Below are positions 20,646 through 27,729 of a stretch of DNA of 42,950 nucleotides, piece by piece; positions within the stretch are counted from its first letter, which is position 1; each line of letters begins with the position of its first letter. A program made the position numbers and the translations under genes. A model generated the notes under the pieces. That model had not been told where the DNA came from, did not search any database, and saw only the letters and a program-made list of their open reading frames with translations. This stretch comes from a virus (taxonomy: Duplodnaviria; Heunggongvirae; Uroviricota; Caudoviricetes). Where the stretch lies: IMG/VR virus record IMGVR_UViG_2870479586_000005. One strand, written 5' to 3'.

Positions 20646-20917
20646 GACCTGTCTCCTGTTATTTTTGAAATATTCCCTCGTGCCCGCCAGACAGCAATAC
20701 AGATGGTGAGGTTGAGAAAGAACTCTGCGGGATCAACCTGCGTATATTTCCCGTAAAAAATTCGTAGGGCTATCCACGCAGCAGACAGAATCGCGAGGTA
20801 AGCAGTTAGTGAGATGAAAAAACGATAGCGGCCTGTTTTTTGAAAAAACATCAACCGTAGTGCCAACATCAGACAAATAATTGCATTGGCATTGATGAGG
20901 ACAGAGTGCAGGGTCAT
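20642..20917 (-). CDS. Holin/antiholin-like membrane protein
   Basis: 91 aa with about three hydrophobic helices. Its start overlaps the upstream gene. Confidence 0.55.
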   Translation of the reverse strand: MTLHSVLINANAIICLMLALRLMFFQKTGRYRFFISLTAYLAILSAAWIALRIFYGKYTQVDPAEFFLNLTICIAVWRARGNISKITGDRS

Positions 20918-21255
20918 TATTTCATCCCCTTATCTGATTTCCATAAACGAGCTTGTGACATGATCCGCAACAGTGATGTAACGCTGATTACTGATGCAAC
21001 CAGTGCACCAATGGCGGGAGAGACTTTTACTGTTACGGGAGGGTTCAGGTGACTCAGCACCGCGTTCAGAATACCGGTAATGATGGCTGATGCTGTTTCA
21101 GCGCAATACACACCACCAACAAATGAAATGAGTGCGAAAATAACCTGCTTCCAGAATCGATGCTGCCCGGATGACAACACATAGAGAGCTGCGCCTGCCA
21201 GCGCACAGATCATCACTGCAGGTGTTGCCTCAGGAAATAACGCAGCAAACGTCAC
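20917..21255 (-). CDS. Holin-like membrane protein (N-terminus possibly extends to 21299)
   Basis: 112 aa from a GTG start, multi-TM. An ATG at 21299 with an AGGA RBS opens a 15-codon frame (MSEPLTAGVAAGSAG). That frame joins in-frame if one base is added to the C4 run at 21255-21258. 383 nt + 1 = 128 codons. Confidence 0.55.
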   Translation of the reverse strand: MTFAALFPEATPAVMICALAGAALYVLSSGQHRFWKQVIFALISFVGGVYCAETASAIITGILNAVLSHLNPPVTVKVSPAIGALVASVISVTSLLRIMSQARLWKSDKGMK

Positions 21256-21314
21256 CCCGCCGAGCCAGCAGCAACGCCAGCGGTTAGAGGTTCAGACATG
21301 ATTTTTCCTGATTC

Positions 21315-21341
21315 AGAAACGACAAAACCCGCCGTGGCGAG
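21315..21341 (-). terminator. tR'-like intrinsic terminator upstream of the lysis genes
   Basis: Minus strand: CUCGC-CACG-GCGGG followed by TTTTGTCGTTTC, between the predicted late promoter and the holin RBS. Confidence 0.4.
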
Positions 21342-21409
21342 GTTCTTAGAGATTTGGCAACATACCAAATTAGCGTTAAATATGGCCTATTTTGTTCGGT
21401 TTTGCAAGC

Positions 21410-21438
21410 ATTATACGCAAACGTCGTCTAAATGGTTC
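21410..21438 (-). promoter_or_regulatory. Candidate late promoter (PR'-like) downstream of Q
   Basis: Perfect -10 TATAAT on the minus strand (plus 21410-21415). The -35 is weak (GAACCA at 17-nt spacing). Lies about 85 nt upstream of the terminator, the lambdoid PR'-qut-tR' layout. Confidence 0.35.
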
Positions 21439-21496
21439 TGATAATGATGCAAAGTTGCAAGAAGTGCCACTTCATCAAGTGCTCTCACCGCCTCTT

Positions 21497-22081
21497 TCAT
21501 TCCTGCCCAGTGCGGGAGTATGTTTCGCACCAGGTGGAACGAGAAACAGACAACATTCCAGCTAGCGCAGATCCGGCCATCTCCTTAAAATCCTCGCGTT
21601 TATTTGCTGCTGCGACCGCCTGCACGGACAACCACACCAACGAAAGCAGGCGCTTGACTACTTTTCTCTGAGTTGACGCAGAGATGTTTCCTTTATAGCG
21701 ACTCCAGACAGCCTCACAAATAGCTGTTTGGTGTTTGAACGCCAGGTTACCACCGTAGCAATAGCGCAACCACGCCTGCTGGCTAACGTCGAGCGCGTTC
21801 ACAGCGCGGCGCCACGATGAATCAGCGAATTCAAAATCATTCATCGGCGGCGCGGGGCGACGTCTGCTGAAACTTTCCAGGGCATAAACTGGCGTAACCA
21901 GAGCATCAACGGTCCGGTCCTCCAGTTGCACACGATGAATATGTTTGCGTGGGTATGCGTTTTTATCTGCTGGCGGGTGCTCACACAATGCTTCCAGTTG
22001 CCCCTTAGAACCACCAGACAAATCCCGCAATGCAGCGCGCAGTTTTATGCGGGTATATTCCAATAAATACTCGTTACTCAT
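21497..22081 (-). CDS. Late-gene antitermination protein Q
   Basis: 194 aa. ..QQAWLRYCYGGNL.. fits my recollection of the Phage_antitermQ family. Positioned just upstream of the late promoter and lysis genes. Confidence 0.75.
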   Translation of the reverse strand: MSNEYLLEYTRIKLRAALRDLSGGSKGQLEALCEHPPADKNAYPRKHIHRVQLEDRTVDALVTPVYALESFSRRRPAPPMNDFEFADSSWRRAVNALDVSQQAWLRYCYGGNLAFKHQTAICEAVWSRYKGNISASTQRKVVKRLLSLVWLSVQAVAAANKREDFKEMAGSALAGMLSVSRSTWCETYSRTGQE

Positions 22082-22374
22082 CAGATAAACTCCTCATCGC
22101 GCCAGATAGCCAGTGTTCTGAAAACTCCCTCAGCGTGCATCAACAGCAATGAGTCGTGCTCGTAATCCGTTTTTGTACGTCCGTCGATAGCATCGTGACA
22201 CGCACTACAGGCGATAGCGCCCTGCATATCGTGAGGTTTGATGGCTGTGCCGCACGTTCCGGCGAGACGATAATGAGCCAGTACGCTGGTTTCAGGATTG
22301 TGATTGCACACACCGGGGATACGCACAGTACAAGCGCGACCACGTGCAGCTTTTCTCAGGTCGATTTTTTTCAT
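22081..22374 (-). CDS. DUF1364 protein (DLP12 YbcO-like)
   Basis: 97 aa, Cys/His-rich (..CTVRIPGVCNHNPETSVLAHYR...CSACHDAIDG..). ATGA overlap with Q. Confidence 0.7.
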   Translation of the reverse strand: MKKIDLRKAARGRACTVRIPGVCNHNPETSVLAHYRLAGTCGTAIKPHDMQGAIACSACHDAIDGRTKTDYEHDSLLLMHAEGVFRTLAIWRDEEFI

Positions 22375-22967
22375 GATGTGTAATCCAGCAGCTGCGCGGC
22401 GGCATTTTCAGCGGCCTCCTGAGAGGCAAACGTGCGGAACAAAATATAATTCCACAGCACATCTAAAACGGCTGAATACAGTTGACCGAACTCAAGATCG
22501 TCCATCGCAGCAAACGAGATTGAACGAGGTACGCGCATCAAACTGCCGTCTGGCATCTGATGAACGTCATAAAACCCAGCTTCCATAATCGCCCATGCGC
22601 GAAACGCCTCGAACGACTTCACCGCACTGATATTCCCCGCGCGCTTTTCCGACTCATCGAGAAGATACTGATCAGCCAGCTCTGCCATGACATCACCGTG
22701 TCCACCGTAATACGCCAGTAACTTAACGTAGCCATGGACCAGTTCGCGCTCCGCAGGAGAAATAGCCCCTCCGGACGGATGCCAGTAATCAAAGCCCAGG
22801 TTTAGAAGTGAGAAAAATTTACGATGAAACGCGGGATTACGCGCCTGTTTGAAATCTGCATACACAACAGCACCTGGTTTGACTCGTTCAGTCAACCAGC
22901 GTTGCGTGTCTGGTGTCGCGGGTATTAGCGAACCGCCGGATACCCTGATAAATGAATGCTGCGCCAT
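22371..22967 (-). CDS. DUF1367 protein (DLP12 YbcN-like)
   Basis: 198 aa, directly upstream of the DUF1364 and Q genes as in DLP12-type prophages. Confidence 0.7.
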   Translation of the reverse strand: MAQHSFIRVSGGSLIPATPDTQRWLTERVKPGAVVYADFKQARNPAFHRKFFSLLNLGFDYWHPSGGAISPAERELVHGYVKLLAYYGGHGDVMAELADQYLLDESEKRAGNISAVKSFEAFRAWAIMEAGFYDVHQMPDGSLMRVPRSISFAAMDDLEFGQLYSAVLDVLWNYILFRTFASQEAAENAAAQLLDYTS

Positions 22968-23044
22968 GTTTAACTCCAGGTGGCGCGGCAGTGTTCAGAA
23001 AATGGTGCCGGGTGTTCAATCCAGCACCGATATTATACCGTGTT

Positions 23045-23224
23045 TTACGCGTCAGGGGGTGTAATAGTATATCCAGCTATTTCTGCCAACTCGAGAAACG
23101 CCATCAGGCTGGCAATCCGTTCATCATCAGTCAGAACACGCACACCAACGATGTGTCCGTCCTTACGCTTGATAACAGCCCGGCATGTTTCCGGTAGTTC
23201 GCCTATAGATTCTTGAATATTCAT
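23045..23224 (-). CDS. 59-aa ORF behind a LexA-box promoter (candidate SOS-induced small protein)
   Basis: Translated by hand (below the track cutoff): MNIQESIGELPETCRAVIKRKDGHIVGVRVLTDDERIASLMAFLELAEIAGYTITPPDA. A GGGGGAAG RBS lies 3 nt (GAC) upstream of the ATG. 180 nt including the stop. Confidence 0.45.
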   Translation of the reverse strand: MNIQESIGELPETCRAVIKRKDGHIVGVRVLTDDERIASLMAFLELAEIAGYTITPPDA

Positions 23225-23246
23225 GTCTTCCCCCTAACGCCATTGC

Positions 23247-23262
23247 CTGTGCATTTATACAG
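23247..23262. promoter_or_regulatory. LexA-box-like site CTGT-N8-ACAG
   Basis: gcCTGTgcatttatACAGta is an exact match to the CTGT-N8-ACAG core with an AT-rich spacer. It overlaps the -10 of the promoter below. Confidence 0.5.
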
Positions 23263-23282
23263 TATTTTATGGCATTTGTCAT
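23254..23282 (-). promoter_or_regulatory. Sigma70-like promoter for the 59-aa ORF
   Basis: Minus strand: ATGACA-17 nt-TATAAA, ending about 30 nt upstream of the ATG at 23224. Confidence 0.45.
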
Positions 23283-23375
23283 AACGCCAGATACAATGAG
23301 GGAATAATGAACAATTATATTCACGTCGTGAATTTTATTAAACGGTTTTATAGGGGATTAAACCGTTTATGGTCA

Positions 23376-24017
23376 TTATTTATCACTCCTGTAAATTGAA
23401 ATTAACCATTTTCTAATCGTCGACGCTGCAGGTGGGTCAGAGTATTTCGCCACAAAAATACCGGATATGTATTGCACACCACGCGATAATGGCGCTGTCG
23501 GGTTTTCAGTAAAAAAACGATCAGCCAGTTCAATGGCTTCGCTTTTTAATCTGTGCTGTGGCCGTCCTCCGCCCTTAGTGCCAAGGTAACGCGCCAGTTG
23601 TTTGAAACGGTAGGCGATGATTAACGGTCGCATCATCATATTGAAAAAATCTCGGGCATCGTTGTCAGCGCCTTGCGCTATCAACAGTGCAAAAAACAGA
23701 TACGGGATTGTGTACACTTCAGGAGATATACGAACCCGTTCACAAGTTGGTGGAGCCAACTCAATAAGTAAGTCAGCCAGCGGATCCCCCTTTTCTCCAT
23801 GTTTGTAATAGCGATACAGAGGCCCGATATCGAGTTCACTCACGTCAATTTCAGGATGCCCGGCAACGGTTGTACGTATCTCTTCTGCCAGAGCGTCAAA
23901 TATTACCCCGGTCCGCTCAAGATAGAGCCTCCGGGTCGAACCGCGATCATCCAACGCCCGTAACATATCTAACCGGCTTACGAAAGTTTCAGGCCAGTCC
24001 TCATAGAAAGTTTTCAT
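23376..24017 (-). CDS. Hypothetical protein (213 aa) with a possible C-terminal HTH
   Basis: Preferred start MKTFYEDW, with GAGG 5 nt upstream. The track ORF starts at a GTG at 24053. The C-terminal ..GGGRPQHRLKSEAIELA...ASTIRKWL.. is HTH_7-like by eye only. Confidence 0.55.
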   Translation of the reverse strand: MKTFYEDWPETFVSRLDMLRALDDRGSTRRLYLERTGVIFDALAEEIRTTVAGHPEIDVSELDIGPLYRYYKHGEKGDPLADLLIELAPPTCERVRISPEVYTIPYLFFALLIAQGADNDARDFFNMMMRPLIIAYRFKQLARYLGTKGGGRPQHRLKSEAIELADRFFTENPTAPLSRGVQYISGIFVAKYSDPPAASTIRKWLISIYRSDK

Positions 24018-24085
24018 AATTACCTCGAATAATAAAAACTGCATTATTTGCACAATTTATTATTCGTTTTCACATCGCAGGGTTC

Positions 24086-24115
24086 TATAAAAAAGAAAAC
24101 CCGCCGAAGCGGGTT
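24086..24115 (-). terminator. Rho-independent terminator after the 92-aa gene
   Basis: Minus strand: AACCCGC-TTCG-GCGGGTT followed by TTCTTTTTTA. Confidence 0.7.
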
Positions 24116-24135
24116 AGTTAATAAGTTACACCAGG

Positions 24136-24414
24136 TTATGAGGCCATACCGTAAGCTTTTTTATGCATCCCATGGTCATAGCCCATATTATATGCTTCAA
24201 AAGCATCTTTATGACGGACATGCCCAGCCTGGCTTTCGGGTAAATCACCTAAAACAGAGTCATCAACCGCACGCGGAACGCCGATTAATGCATGCCACAT
24301 ACCTTTATCATAGGCACATCCACAACACTTGTGCCGCCCAACGTTACCCTGATTTGCAGAAAGAACATCAAACATACTGTCGTGACGATGTGACTTTTTA
24401 CAGATGTGTTTCAT
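24136..24414 (-). CDS. Cys/His-rich 92-aa protein, monocistronic
   Basis: MKHICKKSHRHD...GRHKCCGCAYDKGMWH...HVRHKD...HGMHKK. Has its own terminator downstream. Confidence 0.55.
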   Translation of the reverse strand: MKHICKKSHRHDSMFDVLSANQGNVGRHKCCGCAYDKGMWHALIGVPRAVDDSVLGDLPESQAGHVRHKDAFEAYNMGYDHGMHKKAYGMAS

Positions 24415-24442
24415 TCATTGACCTATATCATTTTCGGTAATG

Positions 24443-24504
24443 AATGCTTTACACGGGATCCCGGTTGAGGTAATCTCCCAAACCGAGATCTCAACGAAAG
24501 CATT
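24443..24504 (+). other. Long imperfect hairpin (about 19 bp in three stacked stems)
   Basis: AATGCTTT(24443-50)/AAAGCATT(24497-504), GTTGAG(24464-69)/CTCAAC(24490-95), ATCTC(24473-77)/GAGAT(24485-89). Confidence 0.45.
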
Positions 24505-24522
24505 AACCGATGTTTTTGTATG

Positions 24523-24558
24523 GCCCTGACAGTTGGCGCTGTCAGGGCTTTCCCTTTG
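24523..24558 (+). terminator. Orphan plus-strand terminator-like hairpin
   Basis: GCCCTGACAG-TTGGCG-CTGTCAGGGC (10-bp stem) followed by TTTCCCTTTG. No plus-strand gene lies upstream. Confidence 0.5.
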
Positions 24559-24636
24559 ATGCGACTCTAAAAACTTCGCAACCTCCAGATCCTATCCAGG
24601 ACCAAGAAAAACTTCAATGAAAAGATCAAGTTAGAT

Positions 24637-24652
24637 CTGTATTTTTTTACAG
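24637..24652. promoter_or_regulatory. LexA-box-like site CTGT-N8-ACAG
   Basis: atCTGTatttttttACAGat lies in the 92-aa/ImmA intergenic region. On the plus strand it fills the 17-nt spacer between TTAGAT (24631-36) and TGTAAT (24654-59). Confidence 0.45.
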
Positions 24653-24882
24653 ATGTAATAAATCACACATGTAATAGCCTTCCCTTTCCGTTCTCATCTG
24701 GCCTCTTGTGGCATCCATTTTTTTAAGAAACATATGGACGCCTAAAAAACCACTAATGTCATGATTATCATGTATGTTTTTACTGGAAACATTGAGCCAT
24801 CCACAATGCAGCGTAAAAAGCAAGCAATTCACAAGATTTTAAAGTGATTTATCTGGAAGACTTTACTACTAACAGTTAATAT

Positions 24883-24927
24883 CGTACCAGAAGTGCAGAA
24901 TTTGCACTTTCACAGGAAAGTGGTACG
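24883..24927 (+). promoter_or_regulatory. Nested dyad symmetry in the ImmA leader
   Basis: CGTACCA(24883-89)/TGGTACG(24921-27) enclose AAGTGCA(24891-97)/TGCACTT(24903-09), about 55 nt upstream of the ImmA ATG. Confidence 0.35.
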
Positions 24928-24981
24928 GAACATGTTGTCTATATTTCGACCAACAATCGTAATGCAGTAACTGGAGGAGCT

Positions 24982-25470
24982 ATGGCTACCAACCCAAGAG
25001 AGCACGCCCGGCGAGTGCTGGACACGTTCTGGTGCGGGCGTGGTTTCCCTGTTGATCCAGCGAAAATTGCTCACGACATGGGATTAGATGTTTTTATTAC
25101 CGATCTTCCTGGGAAAGTTTCTGGCGCACTGATTAAACAAAAAGATCAAGATCCAGCGATCTTTCTAAACAGTGATGACAACAAAGTTCGTCAACGTTTT
25201 TCATGTGGGCATGAGTTGGGGCATTACATCGCCCGGCAAGCATCGCATAGTGATGAATATGAGTACGTTGATTTACGTGGCGAAACCGCAAGCGCCGGAA
25301 CGCATCCTGATGAAATTTTTGCGAACAAGTTCGCAGCAGAACTTCTGATGCCGGTTGATGAGGTCAGAAAACTGCACGCTGACGGCCAACCAAGTTATAT
25401 AATGGCGCATTATTTTGGCGTATCTGACGATGCGATGACTTATCGTTTAAAGAACTTGAGGTTGGGGTAA
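24982..25470 (+). CDS. ImmA/IrrE-family zinc metallopeptidase (M78/DUF955), stand-alone with no HTH
   Basis: 162 aa. HEXXH motif in ..FSCGHELGHYI.. and the downstream ..EIFANKFAAELLMP.. typical of the family. GGAGGA RBS. Confidence 0.85.
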   Translation: MATNPREHARRVLDTFWCGRGFPVDPAKIAHDMGLDVFITDLPGKVSGALIKQKDQDPAIFLNSDDNKVRQRFSCGHELGHYIARQASHSDEYEYVDLRGETASAGTHPDEIFANKFAAELLMPVDEVRKLHADGQPSYIMAHYFGVSDDAMTYRLKNLRLG

Positions 25471-25479
25471 CGCTTTAGA

Positions 25480-26085
25480 ATGCCATCGGATGACGATTTT
25501 AACAGCCGTTTCAAACAGGAAGTTGCACGCCGACTGAAGGATTCCCTCAACCTACACCGTCAGTTAGCAGAAGAGGTTGAGCCGGAGGACGATGAAACTC
25601 CGGTTCAGTCCCCTGATGAAACTTCACCTCTGCAAAAGATTTCGCACGACCCCAAAAAACCATCTGTCCGTATTCACGGAATAGCCAGAAAAAGAGCTGC
25701 CGAAGCTCGCAAAATGGCTGTAGCTGCGTCTAGCAAAAGAACTCCAACTGCTACACCATCTCAACAAGTCACCCGTACTGAGAGTAAAATCTTGACCGAG
25801 TTCACATCTGTGAAACAGGTGAGTTCACTTGATACCGAGCATGAGCGCAAACAACTCAACAACAAAGATTTTGAAGCTGAAATCGCTCTAAAAAAACGCT
25901 ACGGAAAATGGTTCCTGATAATCCTTGCTTGCCAACTTCTGATAATGAATGGGGTATTTATTGCCGACGGCGCAGGTAAGCTGGAATTTGAGGATTTAAC
26001 ACTACAGTTGTACATGGGCGGTACTTTGACAGAGGTATTCGGCCTCGTGCTGGTCGTGACAAAATACCTTTTTAAACGCAAGTAA
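25480..26085 (+). CDS. Protein with a disordered charged N-terminal region and two C-terminal TM helices
   Basis: 201 aa, starting 9 nt after the ImmA stop. About 140 residues are low-complexity and charged (Pro/Glu/Ser/Lys-rich). Then come KWFLIILACQLLIMNGVFIA and GGTLTEVFGLVLVVTKYLF. Confidence 0.7.
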   Translation: MPSDDDFNSRFKQEVARRLKDSLNLHRQLAEEVEPEDDETPVQSPDETSPLQKISHDPKKPSVRIHGIARKRAAEARKMAVAASSKRTPTATPSQQVTRTESKILTEFTSVKQVSSLDTEHERKQLNNKDFEAEIALKKRYGKWFLIILACQLLIMNGVFIADGAGKLEFEDLTLQLYMGGTLTEVFGLVLVVTKYLFKRK

Positions 26086-26086
26086 C
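26011..26086 (+). repeat. Direct repeat, copy 1 (the true 3' end of the 201-aa gene)
   Basis: About 76 bp, with only a handful of mismatches to 30514-30589. Confidence 0.9.
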
Positions 26087-26333
26087 TCTCTCGGTCCAAC
26101 AGTCTTTCGAAAGCCCTGATCAAAGGGCCTTGATAAATTAGCAGTGCGTTGAAAACAGATAGTTATTCCCATCAGTTCCAACGTAATACACATCAAAAAA
26201 ATCACCATTCTTTTGCTCTACGTCAACACCTACCCTTAAAAAAATAATTCTCCAAGAATGAGAAAGTTATTGTGTGTATTAGATAAGATATGAGCTGACA
26301 CATCTATGGCGTGGAGCCAAACCTAATATGACA

Positions 26334-26370
26334 GTCCGCTCTGTGCCAAGAGCGAACATTACAAACACAC
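26334..26370 (-). repeat. Conserved hairpin motif, copy A (downstream of the 291-aa gene)
   Basis: Minus strand: GTGTGTTTGTAATGTTCGCTCT-TGGCAC-AGAGCGGAC. 9-bp stem (one G-U pair), 6-nt loop. Confidence 0.6.
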
Positions 26371-26509
26371 TAAAATTTATGTTTGTACTTCGCTGTAGCC
26401 ACCTAAAAGTATTATTGCGGGTGGTTTCGTGACAATGTTAGATATTCTTCATTTTGAATTGATTACTGAATTAAGATAAAACCACCCGAATTAAAACTAT
26501 CAAAAGTAT

Positions 26510-27385
26510 CTATGGTTGTTCATCACTCTCTTCTGAAAGTATTTGTACTACTTGTCCACACTCTCCACATACTACGTGTAATTGACTATCTTCTTCGGAC
26601 TTGAAAATCTCACTAACTAAGCTATGACAGTTAGGGCATTTTATCTCGTTATCAAAACCTATGAATTTAAGGAATAAGTTTTGAATTAATGAAACTGCAG
26701 TGCAAGTGAGTATAAGGCAAATTTTAGCGTCAGGAATGTTTTTGTTTGAAGAGTGCACCGTCTCTGCGGAAAAATCCCATGCAGACTCAATCGTTGAGCG
26801 GCAATATTTTCTGAGACTTGAGTTTCGTTTTCCTGCGGCATACAACCCAATAATAATTCGGCAAATATTTTTAAAGTCAGCTGCTTTAATATTTTCTTTT
26901 TTTAATATATCCTCATGAGTTTTATAAAGGTGAGCAGCAAGCTCAACCATGCTCTCTCTACAAGTTAGTCCAATACTTTGAATATCTTCAGGGGCCTTAA
27001 TATTATTCAGAGCAACAGCAGAAGCATTTAACCTCCGGCTAATAGAACGAAGCATATCTATATCTAAAGGTAACTCATCAATAACATGTTTGAAATCATT
27101 GCTATGTCTTGCTTGTAGTCTTTGAGTTATACCCAAATGAAAAGAATATGCTTCATCAGCAGAAAAGAAAAACTCATTTTGAGTGTATAAGTTTAAAGGA
27201 ACGTTTTCACCTTCAGCAACCCACCAGTTACCATCATTTTTTGTTCTGACGTTCCAAATGTTAACCTCAAAACCTAAATCATTAAATGTTTGCTCAACTT
27301 GCATGTTTTTTATGTTTTCTATATTTTGAGTTTTTAAATATTCAGTAATTCTTTTCTCAGCATCGATTCTGTATTCTGGTGTCAT
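26510..27385 (-). CDS. Hypothetical 291-aa protein with a C-terminal zinc ribbon
   Basis: AT-rich gene. Preferred ATG at 27385, with AAGGGA upstream (the track uses a TTG at 27391). C-terminal CPNC-x18-CGEC. An internal RLQARH matches the loose Rx4-6H pattern. A TTAACG-17-TATAAT promoter-like element sits in the 58-nt gap upstream. Confidence 0.6.
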   Translation of the reverse strand: MTPEYRIDAEKRITEYLKTQNIENIKNMQVEQTFNDLGFEVNIWNVRTKNDGNWWVAEGENVPLNLYTQNEFFFSADEAYSFHLGITQRLQARHSNDFKHVIDELPLDIDMLRSISRRLNASAVALNNIKAPEDIQSIGLTCRESMVELAAHLYKTHEDILKKENIKAADFKNICRIIIGLYAAGKRNSSLRKYCRSTIESAWDFSAETVHSSNKNIPDAKICLILTCTAVSLIQNLFLKFIGFDNEIKCPNCHSLVSEIFKSEEDSQLHVVCGECGQVVQILSEESDEQP

Positions 27386-27449
27386 GTGCAATCCCTTTTA
27401 ATAAGATACTAAAAGTAAAAGCGCATTATAGCATAACACATACAATGCG

Positions 27450-27695
27450 TTAATGCGTATGCTTGTGCCCTGTAATGATTTCAAAATGAACGTTTGCATA
27501 CAACTGTTTTTTGATCTGGTTGTATTGCAACAGAATGATTTCCACTGCTCGTTCATAGCTGATCTTCAGTTTAGTTAGCATGTCCGTTCTGTGCCTTTTA
27601 AGTTCATTCTTGCCATACTTAGCCGACTTGAATGCTATTTCTTCTATCACTTTTTTAGTTGGCATATTGGGGCTAGAGTTCCGTTCCTCGCTCAC
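27450..27695 (-). CDS. Hypothetical 81-aa helical protein
   Basis: GTG start with AAGG upstream (alternative ATG at 27665). Lies between hairpin motif B and the 291-aa gene. Confidence 0.4.
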   Translation of the reverse strand: MSEERNSSPNMPTKKVIEEIAFKSAKYGKNELKRHRTDMLTKLKISYERAVEIILLQYNQIKKQLYANVHFEIITGHKHTH

Positions 27696-27729
27696 GGCAG
27701 ACCTTAAGCTCAGTTAGTTCGTCTGCTCC

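Noticed and set aside
24395-24657. 13-nt repeat TTTTTACAGATGT at about 24395 and about 24645.
   Set aside because: Exact 13-mer pairs are expected several times by chance in a 43-kb window. One copy is coding.
24647-24832. 61-aa minus-strand ORF in the 92-aa/ImmA intergenic region, considered as a possible missing HTH partner of ImmA.
   Set aside because: It has no RBS and no HTH-like segment, its composition is odd, and it lies in an AT-rich regulatory-looking region.
26139-26306. Minus-strand remnant reading ..RVGVDVEQKNGDFFDVYYVGTDGNNYLFSTHC*. It becomes a 55-aa ATG-initiated ORF if the A7 run at 26245-26251 is lengthened by one base.
   Set aside because: It requires an assumed sequence correction, has no RBS, and is short with no recognisable motif. 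It is not reported as a gene.
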